A stretch of DNA of 64,000 nt, from assembly GCA_040386275.1 (NCBI GenBank), contig JAZKFU010000011.1, positions 1,383 through 65,382 of the forward strand, written 5' to 3'. Shown here piece by piece: positions 19,054 through 30,160 of the stretch (position 1 is its first letter; each line of letters begins with the position of its first letter). The position numbers were made by a program, and so were the translations under genes. The notes under the pieces were generated by a model. The model saw nothing but the letters and a program-made list of their open reading frames with translations, was not told the DNA's origin and did no database searches. The stretch comes from Patescibacteria group bacterium. Its GTDB lineage: Bacteria; Patescibacteriota; Minisyncoccia; Phycocordibacterales; UBA918.

Positions 19054-19779
19054 ATGCAACCTCAATCTAACCCCCCATCTATAGCTATCCCTGTTGCGAT
19101 TGTTATTGGCTTTGGACTTATTGCCGCTGCCATTTTCTTTAGTGGAAGTGGAAAGGCACCAGTGGCTGTCGTTAATAATGTTCCGACCGAAACAGCAACG
19201 GAAACCACTGTTCGCCCCGTTGATGACACTGACTATATTCGCGGTAATCCCAATGCTCCCATCTTAGTGATTGAATATTCTGACTACGACTGCCCATTCT
19301 GCAAAAGTTTCCACGAGACAATGACTCGAGTAATGGAAGACTATGGTGTAACGGGTAAAGTTGGTTGGGTCTACCGCCAATTCCCTCTCGAACAATTACA
19401 CCCTAACGCACCGCGGATTTCTGAAGCGGCGTACTGTGTTGGTGATCTTGGTGGTGGTGAAGCGTACTGGAAGTTTTCTGATTTAGTATTTGGTGAACGA
19501 GATGTGAACGCTCCTACCAATATGACTCGTTTGCCAGAATTTGCCGGCACAGCAGGAGTTGATAAAGCTAAATTTACTGAATGTCTTGATAGTGGAAAAT
19601 TCAAAGACAAAGTTGATGCTTCAATCGCTGAAGGAGCTGCTGCTGGAGCACAAGGTACACCGTACTCGATTGTGACAGTCGGTGGTCAGCAAGCAGTGAT
19701 TAATGGCGCACAACCATATCCAGTGGTAAAACAAATCATTGATAACTTGGTATCTCAACTCGAAGGAGAAGGTGCGTAA
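19054..19779 (+). CDS. DsbA-like thioredoxin-fold protein with an N-terminal membrane anchor
   Basis: EYSDYDCPFC, RQFPL, GTP and GAQP motifs. Confidence 0.9.
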   Translation: MQPQSNPPSIAIPVAIVIGFGLIAAAIFFSGSGKAPVAVVNNVPTETATETTVRPVDDTDYIRGNPNAPILVIEYSDYDCPFCKSFHETMTRVMEDYGVTGKVGWVYRQFPLEQLHPNAPRISEAAYCVGDLGGGEAYWKFSDLVFGERDVNAPTNMTRLPEFAGTAGVDKAKFTECLDSGKFKDKVDASIAEGAAAGAQGTPYSIVTVGGQQAVINGAQPYPVVKQIIDNLVSQLEGEGA

Positions 19780-19792
19780 TCTGCACCACACT

Positions 19793-19827
19793 AAAAAATC
19801 CCCGACATAAAAGTCGGGGATTTTTTA
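19793..19827. terminator. Bidirectional terminator between convergent genes
   Basis: AAAAAATCCCCGAC-ATAAAA-GTCGGGGATTTTTT. Confidence 0.8.
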
Positions 19828-19846
19828 TTATTTCGTTTATTCATTG

Positions 19847-22800
19847 TTATGAACGTAACAAAGAAATGTAATGAGCGTAGTTACTGGTTTCCGCCAAAGC
19901 TTGATCATGTATGTAATCACCTTTTATGATAGCTTTAACTGCGTCAATTAATTCTTGTGTAAGTACTTCCACTTCTGCGTCAGAAATGGTAAATGTTTCT
20001 TCATGAAGCACTCCCTTAGCATCAGGCTCTACAAACGACAACGTGCAGGTATTAGTTTGGTAACGCTCATCATTATTTAATTTTAATAGTAATGCATAAA
20101 AAACTAATTGTCGTTTATACGCACCATCGCTACTAGCCGTTTTTCCTTCAATGTCGTTACGTGTTTTTGGTTTACCAGTTTTATAATCAAGTACACGAAC
20201 AGCGTTACCCCGCGCGTCAATATCAACCCGATCTAACTTCCCTGTTAACGGGAGCTCAGGAAATTCTGGAATGCCCGTCTGCAAGAGTGTTTTTATATTT
20301 AGTTCCTCTTTAGAAGTCTCCGTAAGAGTTTGCTTCATGTGATCAATATAGGGGTAGATAACGAGTAACCCTTTATCAAGCAAGCGCACAAATTCATTGG
20401 TCGAAAGTGGTAACCGTCCCAAAGCTGTTTCGAGTTTTTGTTTGATTACCGTATCACTGGGGAAAGTGCCTGACTGTGTATGGTTCTTTGTAACATACTC
20501 TAAAACACTGTGGACGGCGGTACCAAATTGCATGTGAGCCGGCTGCACTTCAGGAACCCTAAGAACATTTCGATAAATATAATCCCAAGGATTTTTTAAA
20601 TAGTTATTAAATGAAGTTGCAGAAAAGCCCCGGTCACGTAACACCGAGGTGATAAAGTTACTATCAATCTGCAACCCCACATCATTTTGTGTTAGCGTAT
20701 TAATAGGATTAAAGTCACTAGCTCCTGCATCACTTTGCTCAGTAACATAGGAGTCATCAATTTCAGTAATCAATCGACTCTGAACCAAAGTTTTACCGCT
20801 TGTGTTACTGCTAGCACTAGAAAAATGTAGGGCAGTTTTAGCGCGCGTCATCGCTACGTAGAGCAAACGCTTTTCATCATCAATACTGTCCATATCGTCG
20901 AGGACCACTTTTTGCAGCGGTATAGTGAAATACGTTCGGTTAGTTCCCCCACCCCAGTTATTGTCCTGAAGATGTGGGATGTATACCACTTCGAATTCTA
21001 GTCCTTTAGACTTATGAGCGGTCATTACTTTGACCGAATTGGTATTACTTTCTATGTAGGGTGCTTCCATGGACACTCCATATAAGCGGCGCTGAGCCAG
21101 TTGATCACGTACGACTTGCAGCGTACTCATGCCGTCATTTTGAACTAATGATTCCACTTCGTCATATATCCGACGTACTATCCGCACACCTTCAAAGGGG
21201 CTCTGCTTCATAACGTGTGCCAAGAACCCACTTTCCTGTAAAAGATACTCTAATACTCGGTGCGGGGCATGGGAGATACTGCGGGCTCGGGCTGTTTCTA
21301 TCACGGTGACGATATTCATAGCTGCTTCCACATGGTCTACCCCCAATTCAGCTAATTTTTCTGATGAAGATAAAATAGAGAGCAAGGTTGTGGAGTAGCT
21401 TCGAGCACTACAAATTTTAATCACGTCATGGAGCGACAATCCCCAATAGGCTCCGTGAAGCACTGTAAACAATGCCTCTTCGTTATTAGTGGTAACTACT
21501 ACTGAAATTAACGCTTCAATAGTATGCGTGATTGGATGCTGCAAAATATCACCATCAGCGGACGCTGCCACTTGCATGCCTGCTTTTCGAAGTTGCGTTG
21601 CAAGCGCCTCCACTTCTTTATTAGTGCGTACAATCACAGCTATTTCCTCGAGGGGAATCCCCGCCTTACTATTTTTTACAATTGATTCAACTACCCATGA
21701 ATCTTCAATTGCTGTGTGCGCAAAACTTTGAGTAGTAACGAGTGACGCTTCCACAGTTTGAGCGAGTAGCGGAATACGTAATGCTGTAAGCGGACCATCC
21801 TCAACCGCTACCAAGCTATGGGCCGCATCTAGAATAATCTGTCCCGAACGATAGTTGTCAGTCAGACTAATGACTTTAGTTCCCATAAAGCGTTCTTGAA
21901 AGTACATGAAGTTCGTCAACGACGCTCCTTGAAACCGATAGATAGCCTGCTTCTCATCTCCTACCACAAAGATATTTGGTGAGTCATGGTATGACGCTAA
22001 GAGTTCGAGGATCTTGTTCTGCGCCCCGTTCACATCCTGATGCTCGTCCGCTAACACATACTGGTATTGCTCCTGCAAATCGCGCACCATATCTTCATTA
22101 TTAGACAAAGCCACCACCGTTTCCGCAATCATATCTTCAAAGTCATAGAGTTTAGCCTCCCGTAAACTTGCTTGGTAGTGACGATAGATATGAATGAGCT
22201 CCCTATTTTTAACAACCACTTGTTCTAACTTTGTGTAGTCACCTCGCACCTTACCTTTGTGCGCTCCTTTAGTGTGCGTTTTTTCAGTATTAGCTAATTC
22301 GTCTTCTTGACCATCAACGATTTTAGCCAACCCATCGGGGGTTATATATTCCTTTTTTAAATCAGCAATAATCCGCAAAATATGACGTACGTAGTACGAA
22401 GGGTCGCCACTCGGACGAAGCTTCTTAATAGTGGGATTATCTAAAATTGATTCAATAATAGAAATTTTCTGTATCTCGGTGGCCGGCTTCCCGCCAATAA
22501 TGCGGTCATACGCGTCAGGATACTCTCGAATTAATCTATCAGCAAAACCGTGAAAGGTATAAATCGGCACTTGGTACGCGCGAGCGCCAATATATTTTTG
22601 TAGCCGGGTACGCATCGCTTTGGCTCCAGAGTCGGTAAAGGTGATTGCTAAAATACTCGACGGGTCAGTGTCAGTTTTAAGAAGAATATTGGCAATGCGC
22701 AAGGTAAGGATTTGTGTCTTACCTGTTCCTGGTCCCGCAATTACCATAACGGGACCTTCAATAGTATCAACCGCTTCTTTCTGGGCGTCGTTGAGGTTAT

Positions 22801-22855
22801 TGTAGGCAGTATCAAATGAAGCCTTTAATTCTTGTTTTTCTTGAGTGATGGACAT
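19847..22855 (-). CDS. UvrD/REP-family helicase fused to a C-terminal PD-(D/E)XK nuclease (AddA/AdnAB-like)
   Basis: AGPGTGKT, DEHQD, VGDEKQAIYRFQGA, NYRS, TAHKSKGLEF, LYVAMTRA; C-terminal GKLDRVD..LDYKTG..QLVFY. Confidence 0.92.
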   Translation of the reverse strand: MSITQEKQELKASFDTAYNNLNDAQKEAVDTIEGPVMVIAGPGTGKTQILTLRIANILLKTDTDPSSILAITFTDSGAKAMRTRLQKYIGARAYQVPIYTFHGFADRLIREYPDAYDRIIGGKPATEIQKISIIESILDNPTIKKLRPSGDPSYYVRHILRIIADLKKEYITPDGLAKIVDGQEDELANTEKTHTKGAHKGKVRGDYTKLEQVVVKNRELIHIYRHYQASLREAKLYDFEDMIAETVVALSNNEDMVRDLQEQYQYVLADEHQDVNGAQNKILELLASYHDSPNIFVVGDEKQAIYRFQGASLTNFMYFQERFMGTKVISLTDNYRSGQIILDAAHSLVAVEDGPLTALRIPLLAQTVEASLVTTQSFAHTAIEDSWVVESIVKNSKAGIPLEEIAVIVRTNKEVEALATQLRKAGMQVAASADGDILQHPITHTIEALISVVVTTNNEEALFTVLHGAYWGLSLHDVIKICSARSYSTTLLSILSSSEKLAELGVDHVEAAMNIVTVIETARARSISHAPHRVLEYLLQESGFLAHVMKQSPFEGVRIVRRIYDEVESLVQNDGMSTLQVVRDQLAQRRLYGVSMEAPYIESNTNSVKVMTAHKSKGLEFEVVYIPHLQDNNWGGGTNRTYFTIPLQKVVLDDMDSIDDEKRLLYVAMTRAKTALHFSSASSNTSGKTLVQSRLITEIDDSYVTEQSDAGASDFNPINTLTQNDVGLQIDSNFITSVLRDRGFSATSFNNYLKNPWDYIYRNVLRVPEVQPAHMQFGTAVHSVLEYVTKNHTQSGTFPSDTVIKQKLETALGRLPLSTNEFVRLLDKGLLVIYPYIDHMKQTLTETSKEELNIKTLLQTGIPEFPELPLTGKLDRVDIDARGNAVRVLDYKTGKPKTRNDIEGKTASSDGAYKRQLVFYALLLKLNNDERYQTNTCTLSFVEPDAKGVLHEETFTISDAEVEVLTQELIDAVKAIIKGDYIHDQALAETSNYAHYISLLRS

Positions 22856-22969
22856 ACAAAAAAGTATATCATTATTAACCGGTCGCGACTAAAAACACCC
22901 CAAATACTAGTTGCCTACTGCAGACAACAGGAGTATAGTGGCACCCTAGTAATTTTAAGACCTCCCATT

Positions 22970-25066
22970 ATGCTTACTGCCAATGCAACTTTAGCAATTT
23001 TCTCTATGTTAGGAATCTCGAGCCTAGCTATATTTTGGGCAAAACGGTTTCGCTTACCGCATACAGTATTTCTGGTAATTATCGGTATGGGTTTAGGACT
23101 ACTCGCTACCATTCCTAGTTTTCATTTTTTTGCTGAGTTTAAACTCACGCCCGAACTCCTCTTTTTCCTTCTCCTCCCTACCCTTATTTTTGAATCTGCC
23201 TACAACATCAATGTGCGTCGGTTGGTAGAAGAGACGCCGATTGTGCTTGTGCTCTCAATTGTGGGGTTACTTATTTCAACTATTTTTATTGCCGTACCTT
23301 TATTTTTCCTCCTACAATTATTTGGTTTATCGGTTCCCTTTATTATTCCCTTAATATTCGGCGCACTTATTTCGGCTACCGACCCCGTGGCTGTTCTGGC
23401 ACTCTTTAAAGAGTTTGGTGCACCGGGCAGATTATCGCTTATTTTTGAAGGAGAAAGTCTCTTTAATGATGCGACGGCTGTGGCGTTATTCTTGGTGTTA
23501 CTCGAGATTGCTCAATTTGGATATCATGGGTACGACACGATTATATCAGGTCTCGTTAGCTTCACCTCGATGATGGTAGGCGGAGTTTTATTTGGAGTTT
23601 TGTGCGGTGGAGTGTTTTCCTACCTCATTGGTCTTACCCGAGAAAATGAAACCGCCAGTATTACGCTGACTGTTGTATTGGCGCACGTGACGTTTATTTT
23701 AGCGGAAATTTTATCCCACCACCTCTCTATTGGTGGCATGGAGTTACCGCTCTCCCCTATTATCGCTACCACTGTCGCTGCTTTATTACTCGGTAACTAT
23801 GGCCGACCAAAAATTCATCCTCGGGCAGAGGAGTTTGTGGAGAAATTGTGGGGGCAATTAGCGTTTTTTGCCAACTCACTGATTTTTATTTTAATTGGTA
23901 TTTTGTTTGTCGGCGGTCCAGCCTTAACATCCGAAATATTTATCGTGGTGCTCGTTACGATTATTATCGTCGCGATAGCTCGTGCTGTATCTATTTACCC
24001 GGTCATTGGAGTATTTAATAAACTGGTAAATAAAAAGCAGCATATCCCACTCGCCTGGCAACATTTGTTGTCTTGGGGATCACTGCGCGGAGCTTTAGCT
24101 GTGACGATGGTTCTCCTTATTCCTGCCGACTATACCCTACCTAATTGGACTTTGGAAATGAGTGTGCGGGACTTTCTGCTTGCTTTAACAATCGGCTGTA
24201 TCTCTGCAACCTTATTTATTAAAGCGCCAACGATGCAGTGGTTTATGCGCAAATTAAAGCTTGATACCCTGACTGACATTGAACAAATTGAATACCAAGA
24301 AGCGCGCGCCATCATGCACCGCGAAGTATCGGAAAAACTAGCTGTCTACAAAGAGCGTGGCTATATCCAAGCAAACCTAGCTGAGGCACTACAACTAGAA
24401 CACACTAAATTATTTACTGAATCATGTGCCATGGTAAGCACCCTATCAAAAAGTGCAAAAGATGCGGTTGCAATTCAAGTATTACGATTGTTTGCCATCG
24501 GTATAGAAAAGCGACACCTCAAGGAACTCTACCATCATGATGAAGTGAACGAATCAGTCTTTAAACGTTTGACTGGTAAACTACAACTCCAGCATGAATC
24601 AATTTCAGCGGGTGAACTCAATTCCAACATGTCTATTCATACCGATAGTAAAGATGTGTTTGAACGCATGGCTCTTGTACTTCGAAAGTTCCTTGGACAA
24701 GAAACAGTATTCACCAGTATCCAGAATAACTTTATGTACTACCGCGCCCAAACGATTATTGCTCGAAAGGTACTGAAAGAACTTGATTCGTTTTCAAGCA
24801 ACACCCACGCTAGTATTTTTACAGCCGAAGCAGTTGAGCATACTAAAAATCTCTACGTAGAATTCCGCAATCAGTCACAACAAAAGATGCAGCATATCTA
24901 CGAAAACAACGTCCAAATTATTGAGGCCCTCTCACAAAAACTAGCTCAACGTACCGTACACAAAGTAGCTGAACATGTACTCCACCGCGTGACTGAAAAT
25001 GAATTGATAACCCCGAAGCTATCGGTAATTTTGCAAAGTGAACTGGCGACCGACTCTCACAAATAA
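22970..25066 (+). CDS. CPA1 Na+/H+ antiporter (NhaP-like) with a long cytoplasmic C-terminal domain
   Basis: LLPTLIFESA, ISATDPVAV, EGESLFNDAT, GSLRGAL. Confidence 0.92.
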   Translation: MLTANATLAIFSMLGISSLAIFWAKRFRLPHTVFLVIIGMGLGLLATIPSFHFFAEFKLTPELLFFLLLPTLIFESAYNINVRRLVEETPIVLVLSIVGLLISTIFIAVPLFFLLQLFGLSVPFIIPLIFGALISATDPVAVLALFKEFGAPGRLSLIFEGESLFNDATAVALFLVLLEIAQFGYHGYDTIISGLVSFTSMMVGGVLFGVLCGGVFSYLIGLTRENETASITLTVVLAHVTFILAEILSHHLSIGGMELPLSPIIATTVAALLLGNYGRPKIHPRAEEFVEKLWGQLAFFANSLIFILIGILFVGGPALTSEIFIVVLVTIIIVAIARAVSIYPVIGVFNKLVNKKQHIPLAWQHLLSWGSLRGALAVTMVLLIPADYTLPNWTLEMSVRDFLLALTIGCISATLFIKAPTMQWFMRKLKLDTLTDIEQIEYQEARAIMHREVSEKLAVYKERGYIQANLAEALQLEHTKLFTESCAMVSTLSKSAKDAVAIQVLRLFAIGIEKRHLKELYHHDEVNESVFKRLTGKLQLQHESISAGELNSNMSIHTDSKDVFERMALVLRKFLGQETVFTSIQNNFMYYRAQTIIARKVLKELDSFSSNTHASIFTAEAVEHTKNLYVEFRNQSQQKMQHIYENNVQIIEALSQKLAQRTVHKVAEHVLHRVTENELITPKLSVILQSELATDSHK

Positions 25067-25071
25067 TAAAA

Positions 25072-25848
25072 CTACTTGCTGTCGTCGATAAACATCTCAT
25101 ATATCATCACCACGCCAAACGGAATAAGCAGTAAAAGCAGCAACTCCTCAAGCGGTACAATACTGCCGTTCCAGGTAAAGTACCCCAAGTATTCATTAAC
25201 GTTTGCAAAAATTCGAATCTCATTTTCTACCATAACCCATTCGTAAATGAGCGATAACGGGAAAACTGCTAACGTAAACATCCCCGCTTTCTTAAACAGC
25301 GCTGCGCTTGGGAGTGTTTTATTAATGAGAATAATGAGAGCAAATAATGAGCTCATTAATGCCAACAAAAACGCAAACGGATAGTTTACTAAGACAGTCG
25401 GATCGAGGTACAACATTCCCAAAATGAGTGAATATATAATCCCTACAATTCCGAGACCCCGCGCTGATATCTTTGTTCGTTTAGCACTCACGCCATCGTC
25501 AAAAAAGTACTCGTAGAGAAGTATCAAATATAGGATATGAAGCACTGAAAATAGATAAGCCTCAAGCGGCGCCCCACCCAAAATGGAGATAGAAAGCGGC
25601 GACAGTTCATACCACAGACCACTTTTATAGGCGTATAACTGCAGTATAGCCGTGCCTAAGAGCGTAAAGGTAGCTATGAGGGGTATGAGATGCGATTGCA
25701 GGTGCAAACGGTTCCACACCACAATTAAAGGTCCGCCCAAAAGCAAGGCCGTAATAATCAAAAACGAAGCATCACTCCAGACCAACACAAACGCCGTACA
25801 CAGCGTGTACAAGGTCAAAAAACAAACAAAGAGCAAACGAGCATACAT
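25072..25848 (-). CDS. Membrane protein with two lycopene-cyclase-like (CrtYc/Yd-type) repeats
   Basis: Two halves each ending in G..PLE(A/E).L; multiple TM segments. Confidence 0.55.
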   Translation of the reverse strand: MYARLLFVCFLTLYTLCTAFVLVWSDASFLIITALLLGGPLIVVWNRLHLQSHLIPLIATFTLLGTAILQLYAYKSGLWYELSPLSISILGGAPLEAYLFSVLHILYLILLYEYFFDDGVSAKRTKISARGLGIVGIIYSLILGMLYLDPTVLVNYPFAFLLALMSSLFALIILINKTLPSAALFKKAGMFTLAVFPLSLIYEWVMVENEIRIFANVNEYLGYFTWNGSIVPLEELLLLLLIPFGVVMIYEMFIDDSK

Positions 25849-25923
25849 GGAAGTATTGTAACAAACCCGAAGCCCGAAGCCCGGCGTTTGTTCAACACCC
25901 CTACCTAAATAATTGTAACCAGT

Positions 25924-25948
25924 CAAAAACCGCCAAAGGCGGTTTTTG
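25924..25948 (-). terminator. Intrinsic terminator downstream of rpoD
   Basis: CAAAAACCGCC-AAA-GGCGGTTTTTG. Confidence 0.8.
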
Positions 25949-25976
25949 CTTTTTCTAAATTCCACCATCTCCGAAA

Positions 25977-26097
25977 AGGTTTCAAAACGTGGGTAGATGC
26001 AAGGCGCGCAAGGAAGTTGCTGCGAGCCGTACTTACTGTACGGCGAGCTTCAACTTGCCGCAGTCGCAACGTAGCAGATGCGTGCGTTTTGGAAGCT
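25977..26097 (+). repeat. Family A structured repeat, copy A6
   Basis: Core AGATGCAAGGC...GAG-CCGTAC-TTACT-GTACGG-CGA...AACGTAGCAGATG closed by a CAAAACGT/GCGTTTTG stem. Confidence 0.85.
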
Positions 26098-26101
26098 CTG
26101 T

Positions 26102-27508
26102 TTAGTAGCTCTTTAATCTCCGCGCTTTCTCGTGCTGTCTGATTTTTTCGAGAGCCTTCGCCTCAATCTGTCGAATACGTTCTCGCGTTACCCCAAACTC
26201 CTTCCCTACTTCTTCTAATGTATGGTAGGTTCCATCGAGCAGTCCATGACGCATTTCGAGAATCTTTCGTTCTTTTTCTGAAAGCGTATCGAGAATTTCG
26301 GTAATTTGATCAGTTAAGATACTGTGTGATACTTCTTGGTCTGGTGAGGTAATTTTATCGTCAGCGATAAAGTCAGACAATCGTGAGTTATCGTCCTCGT
26401 CTCCAATTGGGAGCTCGAGCGAAATGGTGTCCTGACTAATTTTTTCAATTTGATAAATCTTTTCAACTTCAACACCCATTTCAGTGGCGATTTCTTCAGG
26501 CATTGGATCTCGTCCTAAATCTTGTGACAAACGGCGTGAGACTTGTTTGTACTTGGCCATAGTTTCCACCATGTGCACCGGAATACGAATCGTTCGTGAC
26601 TGGTCAGCGAGCGCACGGGTAATAGCTTGTCTAATCCACCAGGTAGCGTAGGTAGAGAATTTAAAACCTTTTGTGAAGTCGAATTTATCTACCGCTTTAA
26701 AGAGACCGAGGTTACCTTCTTGAATAAGGTCAAGGAGAGTCAGATCCGGAGACCGACCAACGTACTTTTTAGCAATCGAAACTACCAATCGTAAGTTAGC
26801 GCGCGCGAGTAGGTTACGAGCTTCTTCATCACCATCAACAATTCGTTTAGCTAAAACTCGTTCTTCGTGCGCATTTAACAGTGGGTACTGTCCAATTTCG
26901 CGGAGGTACATTTGAATTGAATCGTAACTACTTTCATTTCGCTTAAACGCATTCTTTTGCGCGAGTAATTCTTCGGCTGGATCGTCCCCCAGCATTCCGC
27001 CAGATTTTAATACATCAATCCCCGCTACGTTAAAACGCTCGTAGAGATCATCAAGAAACATCACATCCTTTTCAATTTCAGGAAAAGAACGAAGTAGTTC
27101 ATCGTACGTCACATAGCCTCGTTCACGTCCAAGTTTCATTAATTCAGCTGCTTTGAGTTCAAGTACTTTTTCACTCTTGGTTAATTTTTTCGGAATAACT
27201 GGTACTACTTTTTTAACCACTGGTGCAGGCGTAGCTTTTTTTACCACGACTTTTTTTGCCACTGATTTGGTCGGAGTAACTACTTTCTTGACTGCTTTTT
27301 TAGGCACGACTTTTTTAGCCGCTACCTTTTTAGGTGCTGCTTTTTTTACGACCTTCTTAACCTCCTTCTTCACGGCAACCTTCTTTACGACTTTTTTTGG
27401 TGCGACGACTTTTTTGTTAGTCTTTTTTGCTACCGGTTTTTTTGTGACTTTAGGAGCGGTTTTGGCCGCTTTTTTACTGCTTGAATTGGCTTTTTTCTTG
27501 ACTGCCAT
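26102..27508 (-). CDS. rpoD: Primary sigma factor (sigma70/SigA) with a long K/A/V-rich N-terminal extension
   Basis: [63 protein letters not shown]. Confidence 0.96.
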   Translation of the reverse strand: MAVKKKANSSSKKAAKTAPKVTKKPVAKKTNKKVVAPKKVVKKVAVKKEVKKVVKKAAPKKVAAKKVVPKKAVKKVVTPTKSVAKKVVVKKATPAPVVKKVVPVIPKKLTKSEKVLELKAAELMKLGRERGYVTYDELLRSFPEIEKDVMFLDDLYERFNVAGIDVLKSGGMLGDDPAEELLAQKNAFKRNESSYDSIQMYLREIGQYPLLNAHEERVLAKRIVDGDEEARNLLARANLRLVVSIAKKYVGRSPDLTLLDLIQEGNLGLFKAVDKFDFTKGFKFSTYATWWIRQAITRALADQSRTIRIPVHMVETMAKYKQVSRRLSQDLGRDPMPEEIATEMGVEVEKIYQIEKISQDTISLELPIGDEDDNSRLSDFIADDKITSPDQEVSHSILTDQITEILDTLSEKERKILEMRHGLLDGTYHTLEEVGKEFGVTRERIRQIEAKALEKIRQHEKARRLKSY

Positions 27509-27679
27509 AGATACGCACTACTATACAGAAAATCCCAAAAATGTCCACCCTGAGCTTCACAAATGGCATATTTCGTTGTTGCTCTACATAAAATAAAATT
27601 CACCGTATAAAAATACGGCTCATCTTATTTTATTTGATCGCCTAGAACTATGTCCATTTCTGAAACTCAGGGGATTTGG

Positions 27680-29449
27680 TTAGCTATTTTTAGGGAAGAT
27701 AGTTACTTGGTATTCGGCGGCTTGCAACTGACGTCGTAGTTCGTTTACTCGCAGTAGTACGGGCATGGTGTCGCCTTCTCCGTTGGCTTCAATACTTCGC
27801 AGGGCGGCGCGTTCGATGGCTATTTTTCCTTCGATGGTTAGCTTGTGGAGTTGGTTTAGTTTATGGGTGAACTCTTCGATTTGTAATCTATATGAACTCT
27901 TTTCAATAAATTGTTCAATTTGAAACGTGAGTTTTGAGATATGGTCTGCCCCACTGATATTTTCTTGCATAAACACCTCCTCACCTACAATGGTTTTAAT
28001 TTCTCGCTCGAGAATTTCTTTCACAGGAACAGGCACGACGGTTAAGGCCGCGAGTAAATAATGTAACGTTCCTTCTTTGCGTAAAATAGTTGCGATAGGT
28101 TCGGGTTGTTTATGGGTGGGAGTAGACTCAGAGTGGTCGGTATTTTTTATGGGTTCACGTTTCTCGACTTCAAGGACCCGCAACACTTCTGCGTGAACCG
28201 CGTCTTTAGTTGTCCCAAGAGCCGTGGCGGTTATGCCTTCAAAATGGTCGCGGTCAACCATATTGGGAATGAGGGTAATAAAGGGAACAACTTCGGCAGT
28301 GGCTTTGAGTTTATACGCTCTATCGTCAGGGGTAGTGGCGCGCAAATGTGCGAGCAGGAATTCGATAATATGTGTTGCGTGCCCAACGGCTGTTTTAAAA
28401 GATTTAGGGTCTTCTAAAATCATATCCGCCGGATCAGCGCCGTCAGGCATCGCGGCTACTTTCACATCAATCCCACGCCTGAGCATCAAGTCAGCAGATT
28501 TTTTCATCGCGGCAATTCCCGCTTTATCTGAGTCTAATGCCAGCACTACTTTATTTGATAACCGCTCGAGTAACTGCACATGATGCAAGGTGAGGGCAGT
28601 ACCCGATACGGCAACGGTATTGGTGTATCCGGCTTGGTGACTCATCACCACATCAAACTGCCCTTCCACAATAATCCAAAACCCCAGGTTACGAATTCCC
28701 TGCTTGGCCATATCGTACCCGTAGAGTAATTCTGATTTATGATAGAGCTCCGTTTCTGGTGAGTTTACATATTTAGGCGCCTCAGTATCCTTCGCTAAAA
28801 TGCGACCCGAGAAACCGACTACGCGTCCCGCCTGATCCCGTAACGGAAACATGATGCGATCCCGAAACGTATCAAACGGCTCTTTACCCCCTTCCGCACT
28901 TTTTATCAGACCGGCTTTGAGCATCGTGCCCGGCAAAAACTTTTCATTAATTAAATGAGTCTTTAGTTCTCGCCATCCTGCAAGCGGTGGCCCCGGAGCG
29001 TACCCAATGCGCCATTTTTTAATAGTTTCTTTTGTCACCCCGCGCCGCTCTAGGTAGGCAGTAGCATCCACCATATTTGGTAACTGATTTTCATAGTAGG
29101 CAGTGGCCGCTTCAATAACGGCTACGAGCTCATCACGTTCTGTTTTCTTTTGTGGATTTTCTGGCACCAATTCAACCCCCGCTTTTTCAGCGAGCGTCTT
29201 TAACGCATCTTTAAATTCCACTCCATCAATGGCTTGAATAAATGAAAAAATATCTCCTCCCACTCCACACCCAAAACAGTGATAGGTTCCCCGCTCGGGA
29301 GACACATGGAATGACGGTGACTTCTCTTGATGAAACGGACATCGTGCCACAAAATGCCTCCCCGACCGAGTTAATTCCGCATACGGCGAAATCACATCAA
29401 TAATATTGATCCGATCCTTAATCTGCTGAACCGCGTCCCCTGATGCCAT
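27680..29449 (-). CDS. dnaG: DNA primase
   Basis: CPFH..C..C zinc finger, FRDRIMFP, KYVNSPET, VEGQFDV, toprim LDSD. Confidence 0.96.
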   Translation of the reverse strand: MASGDAVQQIKDRINIIDVISPYAELTRSGRHFVARCPFHQEKSPSFHVSPERGTYHCFGCGVGGDIFSFIQAIDGVEFKDALKTLAEKAGVELVPENPQKKTERDELVAVIEAATAYYENQLPNMVDATAYLERRGVTKETIKKWRIGYAPGPPLAGWRELKTHLINEKFLPGTMLKAGLIKSAEGGKEPFDTFRDRIMFPLRDQAGRVVGFSGRILAKDTEAPKYVNSPETELYHKSELLYGYDMAKQGIRNLGFWIIVEGQFDVVMSHQAGYTNTVAVSGTALTLHHVQLLERLSNKVVLALDSDKAGIAAMKKSADLMLRRGIDVKVAAMPDGADPADMILEDPKSFKTAVGHATHIIEFLLAHLRATTPDDRAYKLKATAEVVPFITLIPNMVDRDHFEGITATALGTTKDAVHAEVLRVLEVEKREPIKNTDHSESTPTHKQPEPIATILRKEGTLHYLLAALTVVPVPVKEILEREIKTIVGEEVFMQENISGADHISKLTFQIEQFIEKSSYRLQIEEFTHKLNQLHKLTIEGKIAIERAALRSIEANGEGDTMPVLLRVNELRRQLQAAEYQVTIFPKNS

Positions 29450-29581
29450 AGTTGCACTAGTATACTTGATTGCCCGAAGTATCGTAAGCTATTGACTTTT
29501 TTAATTTTAAAGGTAAATTATTATTGGATTTTGGCTGGCTTTTTCACTGAAATCCACGTCATCAACACGAAAGGATACCTA

Positions 29582-29884
29582 ATGCTTAAGTGGATACTTG
29601 CCGCTTCATTTATTGCAGTAGCGGGAACAGCTTCAGCCAACCCCGCAAACTGCATCCGATTCGAAAACAATGGCTACGGCGGCCAGAATGTCGCGAATTA
29701 CTGCAATGAAGCAGTGATTCTCGAATGGCGATCGACCCATGGTCCATGTTCTTCAGGACAGCTCTGTGGCGCTTCCGTTGCTGGAAGGTCACAACAAGGC
29801 ACTTCCAATCCCGCAGGATCTGGGGCCAGCTGGAGTGCCTGCTGGTATGATGATTGGGTCAATGGGTATTGCACCTTTAACTGA
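29582..29884 (+). CDS. Small secreted Cys-rich hypothetical protein
   Basis: Signal peptide ending TASA, 6 Cys, AAGGA SD, TTGACT promoter at 29492. Confidence 0.72.
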   Translation: MLKWILAASFIAVAGTASANPANCIRFENNGYGGQNVANYCNEAVILEWRSTHGPCSSGQLCGASVAGRSQQGTSNPAGSGASWSACWYDDWVNGYCTFN

Positions 29885-30034
29885 ACCCTGAATTCAATTT
29901 TCAAGTAGAAGGCCGTGGGATCTCCCATGGCCTTTTCTGTTTATAAATCAGTACTAAACTTATAACAAAACAAAAACCGCTGAAAGGCGGTTTTTGTTTT
30001 CACTAAATTCTATACTCCCCACTTTCGCAAATTA

Positions 30035-30160
30035 GAGGAATTTCAATACGTATTCAGATGCTAGGCGGACAAGAAAAAAGACCCCGAGCGGTACCTGATG
30101 TACCGTGAGGGTCTTTTTTCGCAGGCCAACAACGCAGATGAGTGCGTAGTGGAATTTCTC
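30035..30160 (+). repeat. Family A structured repeat, copy A7
   Basis: 22-nt terminal stem GAGGAATTTCAATACGTATTCA/TGAGTGCGTAGTGGAATTTCTC; core GAG-CGGTAC-CTGAT-GTACCG-TGA (compensatory swap). Confidence 0.88.

Noticed and set aside
19847-22855. Helicase-nuclease fusion as an anti-phage defence system
   Set aside because: The architecture matches common UvrD/AddA/AdnAB-like repair enzymes, and there are no defence-type neighbours.
27153-27596. 147-aa hydrophobic ORF antisense to rpoD
   Set aside because: Shadow of the Lys/Val/Ala-rich repeat (AAA codons read as TTT); no independent signals.
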